Below, piece by piece: positions 1-15,294 of a stretch of 64,000 nt of DNA (its first letter is position 1; each line of letters starts with the position of its first letter). A program made the translations under genes and the position numbers. Below the pieces are notes generated by a model. The model was not told the DNA's origin and made no database searches. It saw only the letters and a program-made list of their open reading frames with translations. Source of the stretch: Octopus vulgaris (lineage: Eukaryota); contig OX597816.1 in the NCBI GenBank assembly GCA_951406725.2, positions 17,856,001-17,920,000 of the forward strand, read 5' to 3'.

Positions 1-66
1 TGTATGTATGTATGTATGTATGTATGTATGTATGTATGTATGTATGTATGTATGTATGTATGTATG

Positions 67-97
<31 letters not shown>

Positions 98-790
98 GTA
101 TTTATGTATGTATGTATGTATGTATGTATGTATGTATGTATGTATGTATTTATGTATGTATGTATGTATGTATGTATGTATGTATTTAAGTATGTATGTA
201 TGTATGTATGTATGTATGTATTTATGTATGTATGTATGTATGTATGTATGTATGTACGTACGTACGTATGTATGTATGTATGTATGTATGTATGTATGTA
301 TGTATGTATGTATTTAAGTATATATGTATGGTATGTATGTATTTAAGTATTTATGTATGTATGTATGTATGTATGTATGTATGTATGTATGTATGTATGT
401 ATGTATGTATGTATGTATTTAAGTATGTATGTATGTATGTATGTATGTATTTATGTATGTATGTATGTATGTATGTATGTATTTATGTATGTATGTATGT
501 ATGTATGTATGTATGTATGTATGTATGTATGTATGTATGTATGTATGTATGTATGTATGTATGTATGTATGTATGTATGTATGTATGTACGTATCTATGT
601 ATGTATGTATGTATGTATGTATGTATGTATGTATGTATGTATGTATGTATGTATGTATGTATGTATGTATGTACGTACGTATGTATGTATGTATGTATGT
701 ATGTATGTATGTATGTATGTATGTATGTATGTACGTACGTATGTATGTATGTATGTATTTAAGTATGTATGTATGTATTTATGTATGTAT
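1..790. repeat. (TATG)n tetranucleotide microsatellite, running off the window start
   Basis: Continuous tgta/tatg units with recurring variants (tatttaag, tacgtacg), decaying into mixed TG/TA repeats to about 1260. Confidence 0.98.
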
Positions 791-1445
791 GCGTGAGTGT
801 ATACATGAGTGTGTATGCATGTATGTATGTATGCATGCATGAATGTATGCCTGTGTATGTATGTATGCATATATCTATGTATGTGTGTGTATGCATGTAT
901 GCATGAATGTGTGTATGTATGTTTGTATGTATACAAACAGATATAAATGAATGCACATATATATATATATATATATATAAATACACATATATGCCTATAT
1001 AAGTGTATGTATATATGTATACATATGTGTATATGTATACTTATATATATGCTTATGTACATGTATATATGTATGTATATTTATGTATATACACATATAT
1101 GTACGTATATATATATATATATATATATACATATATCTGTATGTATGTGGATATGTATACACACATATACACGCACGCACACACACACACACATATATAT
1201 ATTACATATGTGTGTGTGTAATATATGTGCTCGAGCGTGTGTGTATATGTGTGTATATGATTGTAAAGATAATGAAGATGATTTTAGTATCTTAGTAAGA
1301 TAAGTTATGCGAATCTGTGTCTCACTTCACGCTCACGTGTACCATAACTTTGTTTCTTCTCTGATTTAGAACTCTCGACCTGTAGAATTGTTGTTCAAGG
1401 AATAATATACTCGATATGTCCTGCCGTAAAACTTTAAGTTATATG

Positions 1446-1795
1446 TTTTTGTTTTTCTAGTTTCAGCTCAGAGCTGCGTCCATACGGATGTATCGCCGTT
1501 GTGTGCTACACTGTTATTACTAAGAGCCTCCTCTAATATGCAGCACTTGGTGAAGAATGGAGTTTGATATAGCTACCCTCATTTGCACCTCTTGCCGTGA
1601 GGTAGGTTCATCTGGGACTCTTGACAAGAAGAGGTCCAGCTTTATCTACTTCGTGTAAGTTCCTCAGACTCTTTGGGAGAATATTAAAAGCTGTGGGCCC
1701 TTGAAACCCAGGCTGTTGCAGTAACTGGTCCTGAAGCGTGATGGCATTTGGCAAGTTTTGGTCACTTTCGTTTGGAGTAAGGATTTTGGCCATTC
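1446..1795 (-). mobile_element. 5'-truncated, decayed non-LTR retrotransposon 3' end (CR1-group-like), same family as 25916-26282
   Basis: Minus-strand peptide ...GFQGPTAFNILPKSLRNL... and a PDEP motif match the C-terminus at 25916 ([13 protein letters not shown]). The 3' UTR ends in the CAGCTCTGAGCTGAAAC stem-loop. Confidence 0.75.
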
Positions 1796-2866
1796 ATGTG
1801 TTACAAAGTTATAACTTACTTAGAGTCATTAACCAAAGTTATTTTTTATGCTTTGGCCTGACTTATGACACGTTACCCGACGTTGAGAAAGAACCTACCA
1901 TCGGCAGAAATGGAATTTTTTTCAGTAAGGTGTTCTTATCTAAATAAACTTCAAAGTCTAATTTGCAGGAATCATGTAAAACAAAGCAAAGATGTACACA
2001 AAAAGTAAAAACGAAAAAAAAAATAAATAAATGGAAAATGAAAAAATAAGGAACTTTAGTAATTTAAAATGGCACTTTGGTACATTTTTTCCTTGCTTTT
2101 CACAATATTTATCAAAACGTACGCTATTGTCTTATTATGTTATTATCTAATCCCTATTAACTAATCAGGCTGATGAGGCCCGCAACAGATGCAATGGAAA
2201 AAGCAGAACTACCTGATCCTTTGACGATTTGTTGGCGGCTTAAACGTTTCCCGAATTCAAGTAACTTGCTACAATAGTGAGGAGGGTTTCTGAACAATCA
2301 TCAGGACTGAAAACAAAATCTGTCAGAAGACGGGTGAATTTTTTTGTGGACAAAAAGTGATCAAGTTGGGGGAAGGGCAACGAAAAAACTAGTCCAGTGT
2401 CTCTGCCAAGAAGACACTACGGAGAAGTCAAAAGGAAGTAACACTATGGTTTCATTCGATGGGAGAACTTGCGCATAATGGAGAAACATTTTTCGTTGTA
2501 GTGACATCGACGTGCTGCAAAGAAAGAAAATATAAACGTACATGACGACGGCGACAACGGCGACGACGACGATGACGGCACTATCTAACGTCACATATAG
2601 GAGATGCTTTTGTCGAAATTCAATATTTGTCGAGACAAAAATTTTCCGAGAGCTGTGTGAATCTATATTGCAAAATCTAATTAGTTCTACATACACATGC
2701 ATATACATACAAGAAGACACCGCACGCTAACTCGTCAGCACACATACATGCACATAGAGACAGAAGCCTACATGTAAATTGAAAGAAACTCATAGAAAAA
2801 TATATACGAAGAAGAATGCGTTTCCATTTTTATTATTTACCATTTCTCTATGAAAGAGAAGCACAG

Positions 2867-2904
<38 letters not shown>

Positions 2905-3083
2905 ACACACAAATACACACACAGATACACACACATATCAACACATTCGCTCATGCACACATTCACACACACACATATATATGTATACATGTACGAATTT
3001 CATAGGTATGTCTGAAAAAATATGCAAAACAGCAAATATCGAATACATGCCTCTATAAGTTCATTTCCTTCTGCTAGTGTACA

Positions 3084-3085
<2 letters not shown>

Positions 3086-3160
<75 letters not shown>

Positions 3161-3162
3161 GC

Positions 3163-3206
<44 letters not shown>

Positions 3207-3226
3207 GAATATACATATACATACCT

Positions 3227-3293
<67 letters not shown>
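3086..3293. repeat. (TA)n / (TACA)n / (CA)n compound microsatellite
   Basis: Direct reading. Confidence 0.95.
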
Positions 3294-3296
<3 letters not shown>

Positions 3297-3769
3297 CACA
3301 TATGCATATATATATCGATATGCAAACGTACGATGAACGCTCATACGTGTATGCGGGCGAGTGTGACATTTAATGCTGGCGTGTTTTATTGTGTAATCAA
3401 TCCGAAAATTGGAAATTCGATTACCAATAAACTTCATAAATTCTACTTCTTATTGACTCTATATCTTTCTATGTTATACAAATATATGAACACCTATAAA
3501 TGTACTTGAATACTTTCATGAATGCATTGACTTACATACTCAAGTGAAGAGCTGAGAGGCTTCAGTGAAACCTGAACAGGGAATTATGAACACAGTTCAT
3601 TAAATCGTTCCTCTTTTCACTTTAATATTTCTCTCAACATCGTTTATATAATTTAACTTATAGTATATCGGTGTATCACCATCAATAAATCTATATATCT
3701 GTCTGACTGTCTGAATGACTGTCTGTCTGTCTGTCTGTATATCGATCTAACTACATATACACATACCTA

Positions 3770-4082
<313 letters not shown>

Positions 4083-4135
4083 CTTATATATATACATACT
4101 TACATATATATACACACACACACACATTATAAATG

Positions 4136-4478
4136 TACGCAGGGTGCGATGTGTAAATTGTCGCCATTATATATATTTAAATATCGTGCATGCGCATTGA
4201 CTGTTTTTGCTTTGTCGGCTACACAGTCTAGTAGGGTCAGTTGGGCACCCATTGTGAGAAAAACAGCACCCTGACGCAATTCACTGTGCTAGAAATTTGG
4301 AAACGACATGCTTGTCATTCGCACCTGAAGATCCAATACGAACATTTCAGACTGCTTGGGTGTCAATATGACGACAGTGCAGAGGATTCGTAAAGAGTTG
4401 GATGATTCTAATGGTGATTACGAAGGTACAGCAGCCCGGAAATCTCACTCTGATCTTTCTGATAAGAAAAGAACTTTC
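4136..4478 (+). mobile_element. Tc1/mariner-type DNA transposon 5' fragment (TIR-like end plus decayed transposase N-terminal HTH)
   Basis: Begins with CAGGGTGCG...AAATTGTCGCC. Downstream it reads SNTNISDCLGVNMTTVQRIRKELDDSNGDYEGTAARKSHS, resembling a mariner-family paired-like HTH followed by a basic linker. Confidence 0.55.
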
Positions 4479-4532
4479 CAGACAACCCAATATTTAAACT
4501 ATTTAACTATTTAATGTTTAAATATTGATTTC

Positions 4533-4742
4533 AAATTTTGACATGAGGTCAAAATGCTCGGTGGAGGGGGTTAAGTCGATTACATCCACTCTAGTGCATA
4601 ACTGGTACTTATTTTACCCACACCCGGAAAGGATGAAAGGCAAAGTCGACCTTGGCAGCCACTGAACTCGGAACTTAAAGATGGACGAAATGCCGGTAAG
4701 CGTTTTGTTCGATGTGCTAACGATTCTGCAACCTTGCCTCCT
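4533..4742 (-). mobile_element. SINE family A copy (decayed)
   Basis: Contains the reverse complement of the family core (GAAAGGATGAAAGGCAAAGTCGACCT) seen in >15 places in the window. Confidence 0.85.
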
Positions 4743-5404
4743 TTTTCAATGTTTAAACATTGAAATCTGTTTCCTTCTATAACAATATTTGTCTGCATTC
4801 CGAATCATTTTCCCGTTCTATATCATTTACCCCTAACGATATATACATTGGCCTTCATTGTATGTCATCTAGTGCACACCACCTCCCCTTAAAACATTTC
4901 TTAGCGTAACATTTCATCACAGAAGTGATAATCTGTTTATTCTAATTTAATTAACTCCTGACCCTATTTAATCCCATCAGACTTCACTTCACTCTATTTT
5001 GCTTTTGTTGTATTTATTTAATTGAAGAAATGAATATATTTATATATTTAATTGCTTGATTATATATGCTCTTATTTTTTAAATTCCCCCATTGAATATA
5101 AAACCGCTTAACTCATTCTATTCATTTTACTTTATCATTACCCTTTGTTATTGTTTTTTTTTTTCTCCTTCTTATTTCCTCCTAACTACAATTATCTAAA
5201 TTTGCCTTTATCAGCAACTTTACTAAGATTTCTGCCAAACATTTTTCAACGCTCTCAATTACTTATCACTACAATCTCTCCGATGTAACTGTATGCGGAG
5301 ATTATAAACTTATAAACAGCCTAATATTATAAGAAACTTTGATACAGTTTACATTTTGGGAATATTTCAAATATTATACTTTACATTCACTTCGTATTTG
5401 ATTG

Positions 5405-5935
5405 AACTATCAGAATAGTTAGCATGCTGGGCAACATTCTGAGTGGTATTTCGTCCTTACATTGTGAGTCCTTACGTTGTGAGTTCAAATTTCGCTGAGG
5501 TCGAGACGATAAAAGTTTCAGACCTCATGCCTATAGCAAAACATATTATTATTATTAAATGGTGTAAAGTGGTGAACTAGCAGATTCGTCACTGCGTCAA
5601 AGAAAATACATAGCAACAATTGTTCAGGCTTTTTAGGACCAGAGTCCAAATTCAACCGAGATCCACTTTCCATCTCCTCATTTCGGGTTCGATAAAATAA
5701 GTACCAGTCAAGTATTTGGGTGGCTTTAATCGACTTGCCCTTCCCCTCAACATTGCTAGCTTTTTGTAGAAAGTAAAAATTAAAATGCTCAGCCGTATTT
5801 CGTCCGTCTTAACGTTCTGAGTTCAAATTCTACCGAGGTCGACTTTGCCTTTCATCCTTTCGGAGGTCAATGTAGTCGACTAGATCCCTTCCCCAAAATT
5901 CCAGGCCTTGTGCCTATAATAGAAATGATTAATTA
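5405..5935 (+). mobile_element. Cluster of three decayed SINE family A copies
   Basis: GAGTTCAAATT..GAGGTCGA and GCCTTTCATCCTTTCGG core motifs at about 5480, 5650 and 5820. Confidence 0.75.
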
Positions 5936-6605
5936 GATAATCTTCGCATTTCTCTTCAACCCTTTCATTAGTGTTCGTCTTAACTATATGAACTCGAGTA
6001 ATATTACTTTCTAATTTCCTAAATTTCCAAACAATTACTGTTTCCTAGACTAATAAAAGATATTTCGCTTCAAAGTGCCAAAACCATGTTCTTTTCAAAC
6101 ATTTTACTCCAATAGGCCTATCTGTTATTTCCACAGAACGCCTAATACCAGCAACCATTGTTTCAACCTCACTTTTCAAATATATAAATTTTTTTCTTAA
6201 TTCCTCATGAAATGCCTTACATCCGTTTTCCCTCAATCACTTGGTCCACTTACCTGCATACACATATACGTTTTGCATCCCCTTCCCTCCACCTCTTTCT
6301 ATACGCGGCCATGTTTAATTTATAGAAACTTCTTTCCTGTCATTTTAATGTCTTAAAAAAATCCTCACGCATGAAATATTTTGAAGTCAGTAAGTAATCA
6401 TTTAAATAAATATCTTATCTTAGTTCACAATAATTCGAGTTTTATATTTTTTTAGTTACTGCTACTATTTTACTATAAATAACATTTTGAATTTCATATG
6501 TACATATATACATATGTATGTATACATGAATATATATTATATATGTTTATAACTTTGTATATAGATATGCTTGTATGTGTGTATATGTGTACATATATCT
6601 ATGTT

Positions 6606-7090
6606 GTACTTTTCGGTAATTTTACCCACATTAAAAAATTGAGTTGTTTTCCCCCGTTTTACGAGAAGTATCGGTACACTTGGTTATCTCCTTCAACTAA
6701 AAAATTGTCTAACCCTCAATAAAACAAAAAAATGAAAAATTAATAAATATAAAAAGTGAAAATATGAAACATCGTTTTGAATCTAATAATATTTTTATGG
6801 CAAATCATACAAAACTGAAAAATTAATAAGCATGAAAACGGGAAAAGTTAATAAAAATGAAAATTGAAAAAAATTGAACATCTTACTGAATCTGACAACA
6901 TTTTTATGATAAATCACACCATTGCTATTGAGAAGGCCAAACGTCAACAATGTGTTGAAGTATTGAATCAAAAGGATTTAATTCTTTTAATCCAGTCTCT
7001 TGTCGTCACATTAACTCGATTTTTTAAAGGGTATATAACCGAATTTTTTTAGGGCAATATTTTAATGGGGGTGATAACGAAAAAGTATCC
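6606..7090. mobile_element. Putative MITE with ~35 bp imperfect terminal inverted repeats
   Basis: Left end TACTTTTCGGTAATTTTACCCACATTAAAAAATTG versus right end CAATATTTTAATGGGGGTGATAACGAAAAAGTA. There is also an internal ~70 bp degenerate direct duplication. Confidence 0.5.
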
Positions 7091-7119
7091 AAATATGTAT
7101 ATATTTATATAAAATGTAC

Positions 7120-7156
<37 letters not shown>

Positions 7157-7529
7157 CAAAATGATAAATAAAACATGCATGTATACATACATACTATATG
7201 TATATATACATGCATATATGGGTACAGGACACCAAAAAACGTCGAACACAATGAGAAACGAAAACATAAAGACAAAACCATGGAAACAGACAATATATAT
7301 ATGTATATATATATATGTGTGTGTGTGTATGTGTGTATGTGTGTGTGTGTGTGTGTGTGCGTATGTATATGTGTATCCTTTTAGGTATTTCCGTATAGTA
7401 AGTATGGCTGATATTTCTCCGAATGTCAATTTGACAGCTAAATGTAAGAACAGCAAATATAGCAAGGCACCAGAAAAAAAGGGCAAGAATAAAAACGAAA
7501 CTGGAAAATTTGAAATGCAGCACACACAT

Positions 7530-7587
<58 letters not shown>

Positions 7588-8049
7588 AAACACAAAAGAC
7601 CAACAACATAGAGTCTAATACCAAAGTATAATGAACACAGCCCTCCAGCTAACAAAAAAAAAAAGAAAGAAACGAAAAGAAAAGGACTTCGAGATCAAAC
7701 ATGGCAATGTCATAAACCACGGATTATCAATAAAAAACACCAAAGGTACCGAAATAGAAACATTAAATCGAAGATATTGATACAGCGAATTATTTTTGTT
7801 TACAACTAATACGATGTTTTCGTGTGTTTGATTATAGTTTTGTTACGCTTTTTGTATTTTGGTTTAGCATCACATTTATGAACCTTACAAGGAACACAGG
7901 CGCTGCTACAACGAAATTTGTTGCTTTCTCTTAATCTTTCGTAATTGCTTTGTTTAAGTTGAGATTTTCACTTAGTCTGTTTTTTTCGTACCAAACATTT
8001 TCATTTTTTTGCTTTTTCCTATTCGTATTTATTTCATCTTTTTACATGT

Positions 8050-8871
<822 letters not shown>

Positions 8872-8915
8872 TTCGAAATGTCTCTTGATGAAACAGTACT
8901 AGTCCTGTATATATA

Positions 8916-8950
<35 letters not shown>

Positions 8951-9356
8951 TTTGAGTTCTTGTGTGTATGATCATGTGATGGTTTGTATGTAAGTAAACC
9001 CTGCTCGAATGAAACCGAGGGGTTTGCTATATTTCATACGTTAAGGCATTCCATAAGGTTTGATTGGTAAAGTTAAGCGAAACAGAAAAATAATGCAAAT
9101 GAGGTAACTCAGAAAGAATGTTATAGACAGAGAAAAAAAAAACCCCAACCTAAAATAACATACCCCCGCCTTCTTCTAAAAACACCACTGCCGTCATCGC
9201 CATTAACAACAACGTAAACAAAAACGAGAAAGAAGAGTGAAGCACTTGCAATAAACCTCACAACAATGAAGGATGCAAAGAAGGAAGAAAGAAGAAAGAG
9301 GGAAATAGAGGAAATGAAACGAAGGAGAATAACAAAGACAACAGCAACAACAGCAA

Positions 9357-9898
<542 letters not shown>

Positions 9899-10379
9899 AA
9901 TACTGCCAGTTTGCAGCGTTCCATTGATGTATGGCGTAGAAAATGATGACTGAAAACAGTCAGTGTGGAAAGCTATTTCTGGCAGAATACTGGAATCATT
10001 CTTCATTTTCCTCAATAACGGAATTAGAGAGAGAAAGAGATAGAGAGAGGGGGGAAGAATGAGAGAGAGAGAGAATATAGAATGTTGTAGAGAAATAGGG
10101 TGCGAGTGAAACAAAAAATGTTACGAGAGAGAGAGAGACAGAGAGAGAGAGGGAGAGGGGAAAGATAGAGAGTTCAGAAAGGAAATAGCTTGATGGACAG
10201 AGATAAACTGATATCTAACTTCTATATTTGTTATATCTATGGATATATATGTTTATATGTGGAGCATATATGCTTAGAGAAACATACGCACACACACACA
10301 CACACGCACATACACACACTCACACACAAACACATGCACATTGATATAGATATGCATATATAAAGGCATATACAGATGC

Positions 10380-10450
<71 letters not shown>

Positions 10451-10606
10451 TATATACACATTTATATATTTATATTTGTGTGTGTGCGTATGCGAATGGA
10501 GAGAAAGAGAGAGTGTGTATATTTACGTATTCAGATATACAATTAAGAAATATACTTATATAGGCTCACACATCAATACACACACACACACACAACACAC
10601 ACACAT

Positions 10607-10669
<63 letters not shown>

Positions 10670-10812
10670 TACAAATATATATATGTACACATACTCACAC
10701 ACACACACATATATATATATATGCTTGCATACAAATGCTTATACATATATATATATATTTACATATCTATACACATATATCTAAATACACAAAAACAATG
10801 CGCATGGAATTC

Positions 10813-10855
<43 letters not shown>

Positions 10856-11417
10856 TGTGGTTTAGCGTACGGTTGATCAAGAAAGGAGGCAGCATAGAAA
10901 CATGTTGTTAGCCGAAGGAAGAGGGAAGATGGTATCATAGAGTACTTTCTAATCAATGACGTATCATTATAACTGGTAAGTTTATGCTTCGCGTATGAAT
11001 TCCTTTTGTTGTATACCCACAAAGAAACACACACACACACACATATACACATTCTCATATATATATGTATTGCATCGAATGTTCCACTCAGTTCAACACA
11101 TGCTACCACAACGGAAGCAGCATAGATACTGTGTTGTTTTCTTTACAAGTTAGAAATAGCAAAAAAATAGCTGCCTTCGTTCCACAATCTTAAAATATTA
11201 GATCATACAACAACGTTAGGCAGAGTTGTACAATACTGTGCGATGGACAGAACTCATTTCGTTATCAATTTACTCGTGCAGAACTGACCTTGGTTAAAAA
11301 ATGACATCAACCACTACATCACAATGTACTGGAATACGCTACAACAAAGAGGCTGTTGTGTATTCCCTCCTTCTACTAGAAATAACTGTGTATTCCCTCC
11401 GGCTACTAAAAATAGAA

Positions 11418-12017
11418 GGCGGCGAGCTAGCAGAAACGTCAGCACGCTGGGCGAAATGCTTTGCGGTATTTCGTCTGCCGTTACGTTCAGAGTTCAAATT
11501 TCGCCGAGGTCGACTTTGCCTTTCATCCTTTCGGGGTCGATTAAATAAGTACCAGTTACGCACTGGGGTCGGTGTAATCGACTTGATCCGTTTGTCTGCC
11601 CTTGTTTGTTCCTTCTGTGTTTAGCCCCTTGTGGGTAGTAAAGAAATAGGTATTTCGTCTGCCGTTACGTCTTAAGTTCAGATTCCGCCGAGGTCGACTT
11701 TGCCTTTCATCCTTTCGGGGTCCATTAAATAAGTACCAGTTACGCACTGGGGTCGGTGTAATCGATTTGATCCGTTTGTCTGTCCTTGTTTGTTCCTTCT
11801 GTGTTTAGCCCCTTGTGGGTAGTAAAGAAATAGGTATTTCGTCTGCCGTTACGTCTTAAGTTCAGATTCCGCCGAGGTCGACTTTGCCTTTCATCCTTTC
11901 GGGGTCGATAAATTAAGTACCAGTTACGCACTGGGGTCTATGTAATCGATTTAATCCCTTTGTCTGTCCTTGTTTGTTCCCTCTATGTTTAGCCCCTTGT
12001 GGGCAACAAATAAATAA
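11418..12017 (+). mobile_element. SINE family A: one head plus three head-to-tail 184-bp body units
   Basis: Head GGCGGCGAGCTAGCAGAAACG, B-box-like GAGTTCAAATT. Units restart at GGTATTTCGTCTGCCG, and the 184-bp period matches the repeated ORFs at 11556 and 11740. Confidence 0.92.
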
Positions 12018-12104
12018 GAAGTAACTGCTAAATTTCTCTAAAAACACACCTCGTTGTCTTAGGTAAGGACAGGATACATTGGATATTAATCATACCTACA
12101 ATAG

Positions 12105-12686
12105 GTACGAGGCCTGGAATTTTATGGGAAAGGAATAATCAATCACATCGATTCCAGTGTTCAACTGAAAGGATGATAAGCAAGTTTGTTCTCGGCAGAA
12201 TTAAAACTCAGCACTTGGAGACGGGCGAAAATGCCGCTAAACATTATGTTCGGCGTACTAACGGTTCTTATTTCTTTATTGCTCACAAGGGGCTAAACAT
12301 AGAGAGGATAAACAAGGACAGACAAATGGATGAAATCGAGTACATCGACCCCAGTGTGTAACTGGTACTTTATTTATCGACCCTGAAAGGATGAAAGGCA
12401 AAGTCGACCTCGGCGGAATTTGAACTCAGGACGTAACGGCAGACGAAATATCTGTCTCTTTATTACCCACAAGGGGCTAAACATAGAGGGGACAAACAAG
12501 GACAGATAAACGGATTAAGTCGATTATATCGACCCCATTGCGTAACTGGTACTTAATTTATCGACCCCGAAAGGATGAAAGACAGTGTCGACCTCGGCGG
12601 AATTTGAACTCAGAACGCAGCGGCGGACGAAATACCGCAAAGCATTTCGCTCGGCGTGTTAACGTTTCTGCCTGCTCTCCGCCTTA
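12105..12686 (-). mobile_element. SINE family A multimer (two body units plus a decayed partial copy), antisense to 11418-12017
   Basis: Reverse-complement units with CACAAGGGGCTAAACATAGAG and GAAAGGATGAAAGGCAAAGTCGACCTCGGCGG. The head ends at ...CTCCGCCTT. Confidence 0.9.
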
Positions 12687-13130
12687 ATGAAATGTATATC
12701 GATGGAAAGCTTTTGATCATATGTCTTCTCAATCAATGTGATTGCTTTAGAGTTATACAAAGATAAGATAGTGGCCGTAAGCAACACGAAGCTCCGAAGA
12801 GACTTCATATGTTTTCTTTGCTTATATGTCAACGCAAAATATATGAACACTACACTCTGGGAATATATTTTTTCCTAGATACTTTCTATATAAGTATAAA
12901 TGGTAGCTTTGATGTTAGCAAAATTAGATATGTGAAAATGTTCAATCTGAATTAGATAAAAAGAAATACCCAGACCCGTTGACATGACCTGTTGTCAGTT
13001 CTTTCGGCATTATCACTTTTATATAACCAAAGACACTGATATGAAGTAATAATGTTAATGAGCATGCAACAAACATATTAATAAATAAATAATAAACGGA
13101 TACATAAATTTAAAAGGCAGTAGTGTAGCT

Positions 13131-13133
13131 AAG

Positions 13134-13165
<32 letters not shown>

Positions 13166-13390
13166 ATTTTTGCCTCAAAAGTAAATAGCAAGGCCATGTA
13201 GGGGGACATGGAGTTAAGTACAGGGTGGTGTTCATGTAAAGAGTTCAGGCCACTTGAGGTCAAGGGAGACTTTGAACAAAGCGGTCGTCGGCATCTTCAC
13301 TATCTCGTCTGGCAGCTTGTACCACGGATCCGCAACCCGGACGGAGAAAGCTCCTCTCCTTCAATTGAGGTTAGTAGGGAGCAGGGCAAT
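13131..13390 (-). mobile_element. CR1-clade LINE 3' fragment with (TAAC)n tail
   Basis: Minus strand reads RRGAFSVRVADPWYKLPDEIVKMPTTALFKVSLDLKWPELFT*, the typical CR1 ORF2 C-terminus (F..RV...WN.LP...V......FK..LD). A short UTR and (GTTA)n at 13131-13165 follow. Confidence 0.8.
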
Positions 13391-13527
13391 CCAACCCGGG
13401 CGGTGCTTTTATAAGGCCGGCTCTTTTGGGTTTGCTGTACAAGACTATATGGGAGACGTAGGTTGGTGGTATTCAAATATAAGACTGACCTAACGGCGCA
13501 AATCCTTGCTACGCCGCTATTAAACGC

Positions 13528-13851
13528 AATGGGTCTTAACCATTTTTATCTAGAACTCCTTTGATTATTATTTCACTGTGGCAGACCCCTCATAGCCATT
13601 CAATATTTGAAAACTATTTTTATAGATGCTTCTTTCAAAATTCCTATTTTGTTATTCACACATTACCTTACCTAGGTTGAAGAGCCGTAAAACGTTAGGA
13701 AAAGAAACCTGTGTCTTGCAATAGATACATTTATAAGGAAACTTTACATGGAAATTTACAATGCTACCGTGGCTATCATTTTACTAGCGTAGACCAACTA
13801 AGGATGCTATACGCACTTCAGGTATCATATGGACCCCACTTGAGAAAAGCT
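13528..13851. mobile_element. hAT (Charlie/MER5-like) non-autonomous element, decayed
   Basis: Ends CAATGGGTCTTAACC ... GGACCCCACTTGAGAAAAGCT resemble CAGTGGTTCTCAAC/GTTGAGAACCACTG TIRs. It appears related to 37357-38200. Confidence 0.45.
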
Positions 13852-13879
13852 AATTAAAAGGAATTCATTAAAGAAATAT

Positions 13880-14632
13880 CGGTTTCAAATTTTGGCACAA
13901 GGTCAGCAATTTCGAGGGAAGGGGAAAATGGATTACGTCGACCCTAAAAGGATGAAAAGCAAAGTCGAACTTTGCGGCATTTGAACTAGGATCGTAAAGA
14001 CGGACGAAATGCCGCTATGCATTTTGCCCGGCGTGCTAACGTTTCTTCCAGAAATAACGTGATCACGCGTCTTTTCATCTATGAACATAACGGGGATAGT
14101 CTATTACATCGACCCTAGTGCGGAACTGGTACTTATTTCATCAACCACAAAAGGATGAAAGGCTAAGTCGACCTAGGCGGAAATTGAACTCAGAACGTAG
14201 CGGAAGACGTAATACCTGTTTCCTTACTGCCCACAAGGGGCCAAACATAGAGGGGACAAACAAGGACAGACAAACGGATTAAGTCGATTCTATCGACCCC
14301 AGTGCGCAACTGGTACTTAATTTATCGACCACGAAAGGATGAAAGGCTAAGTCGACCTAGGCGGAAATTGAACTCAGAACGTAGCGGAAGACGTAATACC
14401 TGTTTCCTTACTGCCCACAAGGGGCCAAACATAGAGGGGACAAACAAGGACAGACAAACGGATTAAGTCGATTCTATCGACCCCAGTGCGCAACTGGTAC
14501 TTAATTTATCGATCCCGAAAGGATGAAAGGCAAAGACGACCTCGGCGGAATCTGAACTCAGAACGTAACGGCAGACGAAATACGGCTACGCATTTCGCCC
14601 TGCGTGCTAACGATTCTACCAGCTCGCCGCCT
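13880..14632 (-). mobile_element. SINE family A: decayed monomer (13880-14052) plus a multimer of three 184-bp units (14095-14632)
   Basis: Two units share private variants (GGCTAAGTCGACCTAGGCGGAAATTG) at exactly 184 bp spacing (14160/14344). The head ends at CAGCTCGCCGCC near 14630. Confidence 0.92.
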
Positions 14633-15294
14633 TTCGTATTGCTTAGATTCTGCGCAAAATACTCTTTATGTTACATCCTACAATTTAAATGGACGGGAAC
14701 ATATTAAATCATGAATTATTGGATAAAGCATATATATAAAACGAAAGAAGACAAAAAATATATCTCTGTGGGAATATCTTTTGATCACAAGATCATTTTA
14801 TTAGAGTTGACTTGGGGCTAAACACCGAAAACAAGTGACGAACTGAAAACCAACCGGCCTCGGAAATAGACATGTACATTAATCTATATTATAATGTTTA
14901 CAGTATTTGAGATTCTTTCTTCAGACAGATGTCAACGAGGTCAATTGATTATTTAATGTTATTAGCATCCAATTCTTAATATTTACGTAGTCGATATTAT
15001 TTCAATCTATGTGAGCGAACCAAAGTTTGTTTAACGTTTTAGAATTTAGATAATGAAAAATCGCAGATATCTTTCAATTACTTGTTTTCGAGGAAGGTAA
15101 AAGAAGAAACATACAAAAAACAGAAATGTTTAAAATTCATTGTGACTTTTGTTGTTGTTATTGGTGTTGTTGTGAATGTTACTGCTTGTAACTAAACTCT
15201 AGTGGTCTGCAGTGTTGAATAAGGCGCGTATAGTTTGAAGCCCGATGCGGTAGTAATGGTTAATATATGATGGTTAAGATAAACAGGAATAGTT

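Noticed and set aside
4-1303. Long ORFs such as MYVCMYVC... and the many YIYI, poly-N, poly-I, poly-L and poly-E ORFs across the window
   Set aside because: Translations of stop-free microsatellites, with no domain content or splice evidence.
2236-2310. Minus-strand CTGATGA ... GAAACGTT resembling a hammerhead
   Set aside because: Neither stem I nor stem II pairs convincingly.
6045-6236. 63-aa non-repetitive minus-strand ORF
   Set aside because: No recognisable motif; cannot be assigned as an exon or transposase.
11466-12017. Regularly spaced repeats suggesting a CRISPR array
   Set aside because: Whole 184-bp units repeat with no unique spacers, the context is eukaryotic and there are no cas genes.
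13131-13165. (TTAG)n as a telomere-like repeat
   Set aside because: Short, and positioned as the 3' tail of a CR1 fragment.
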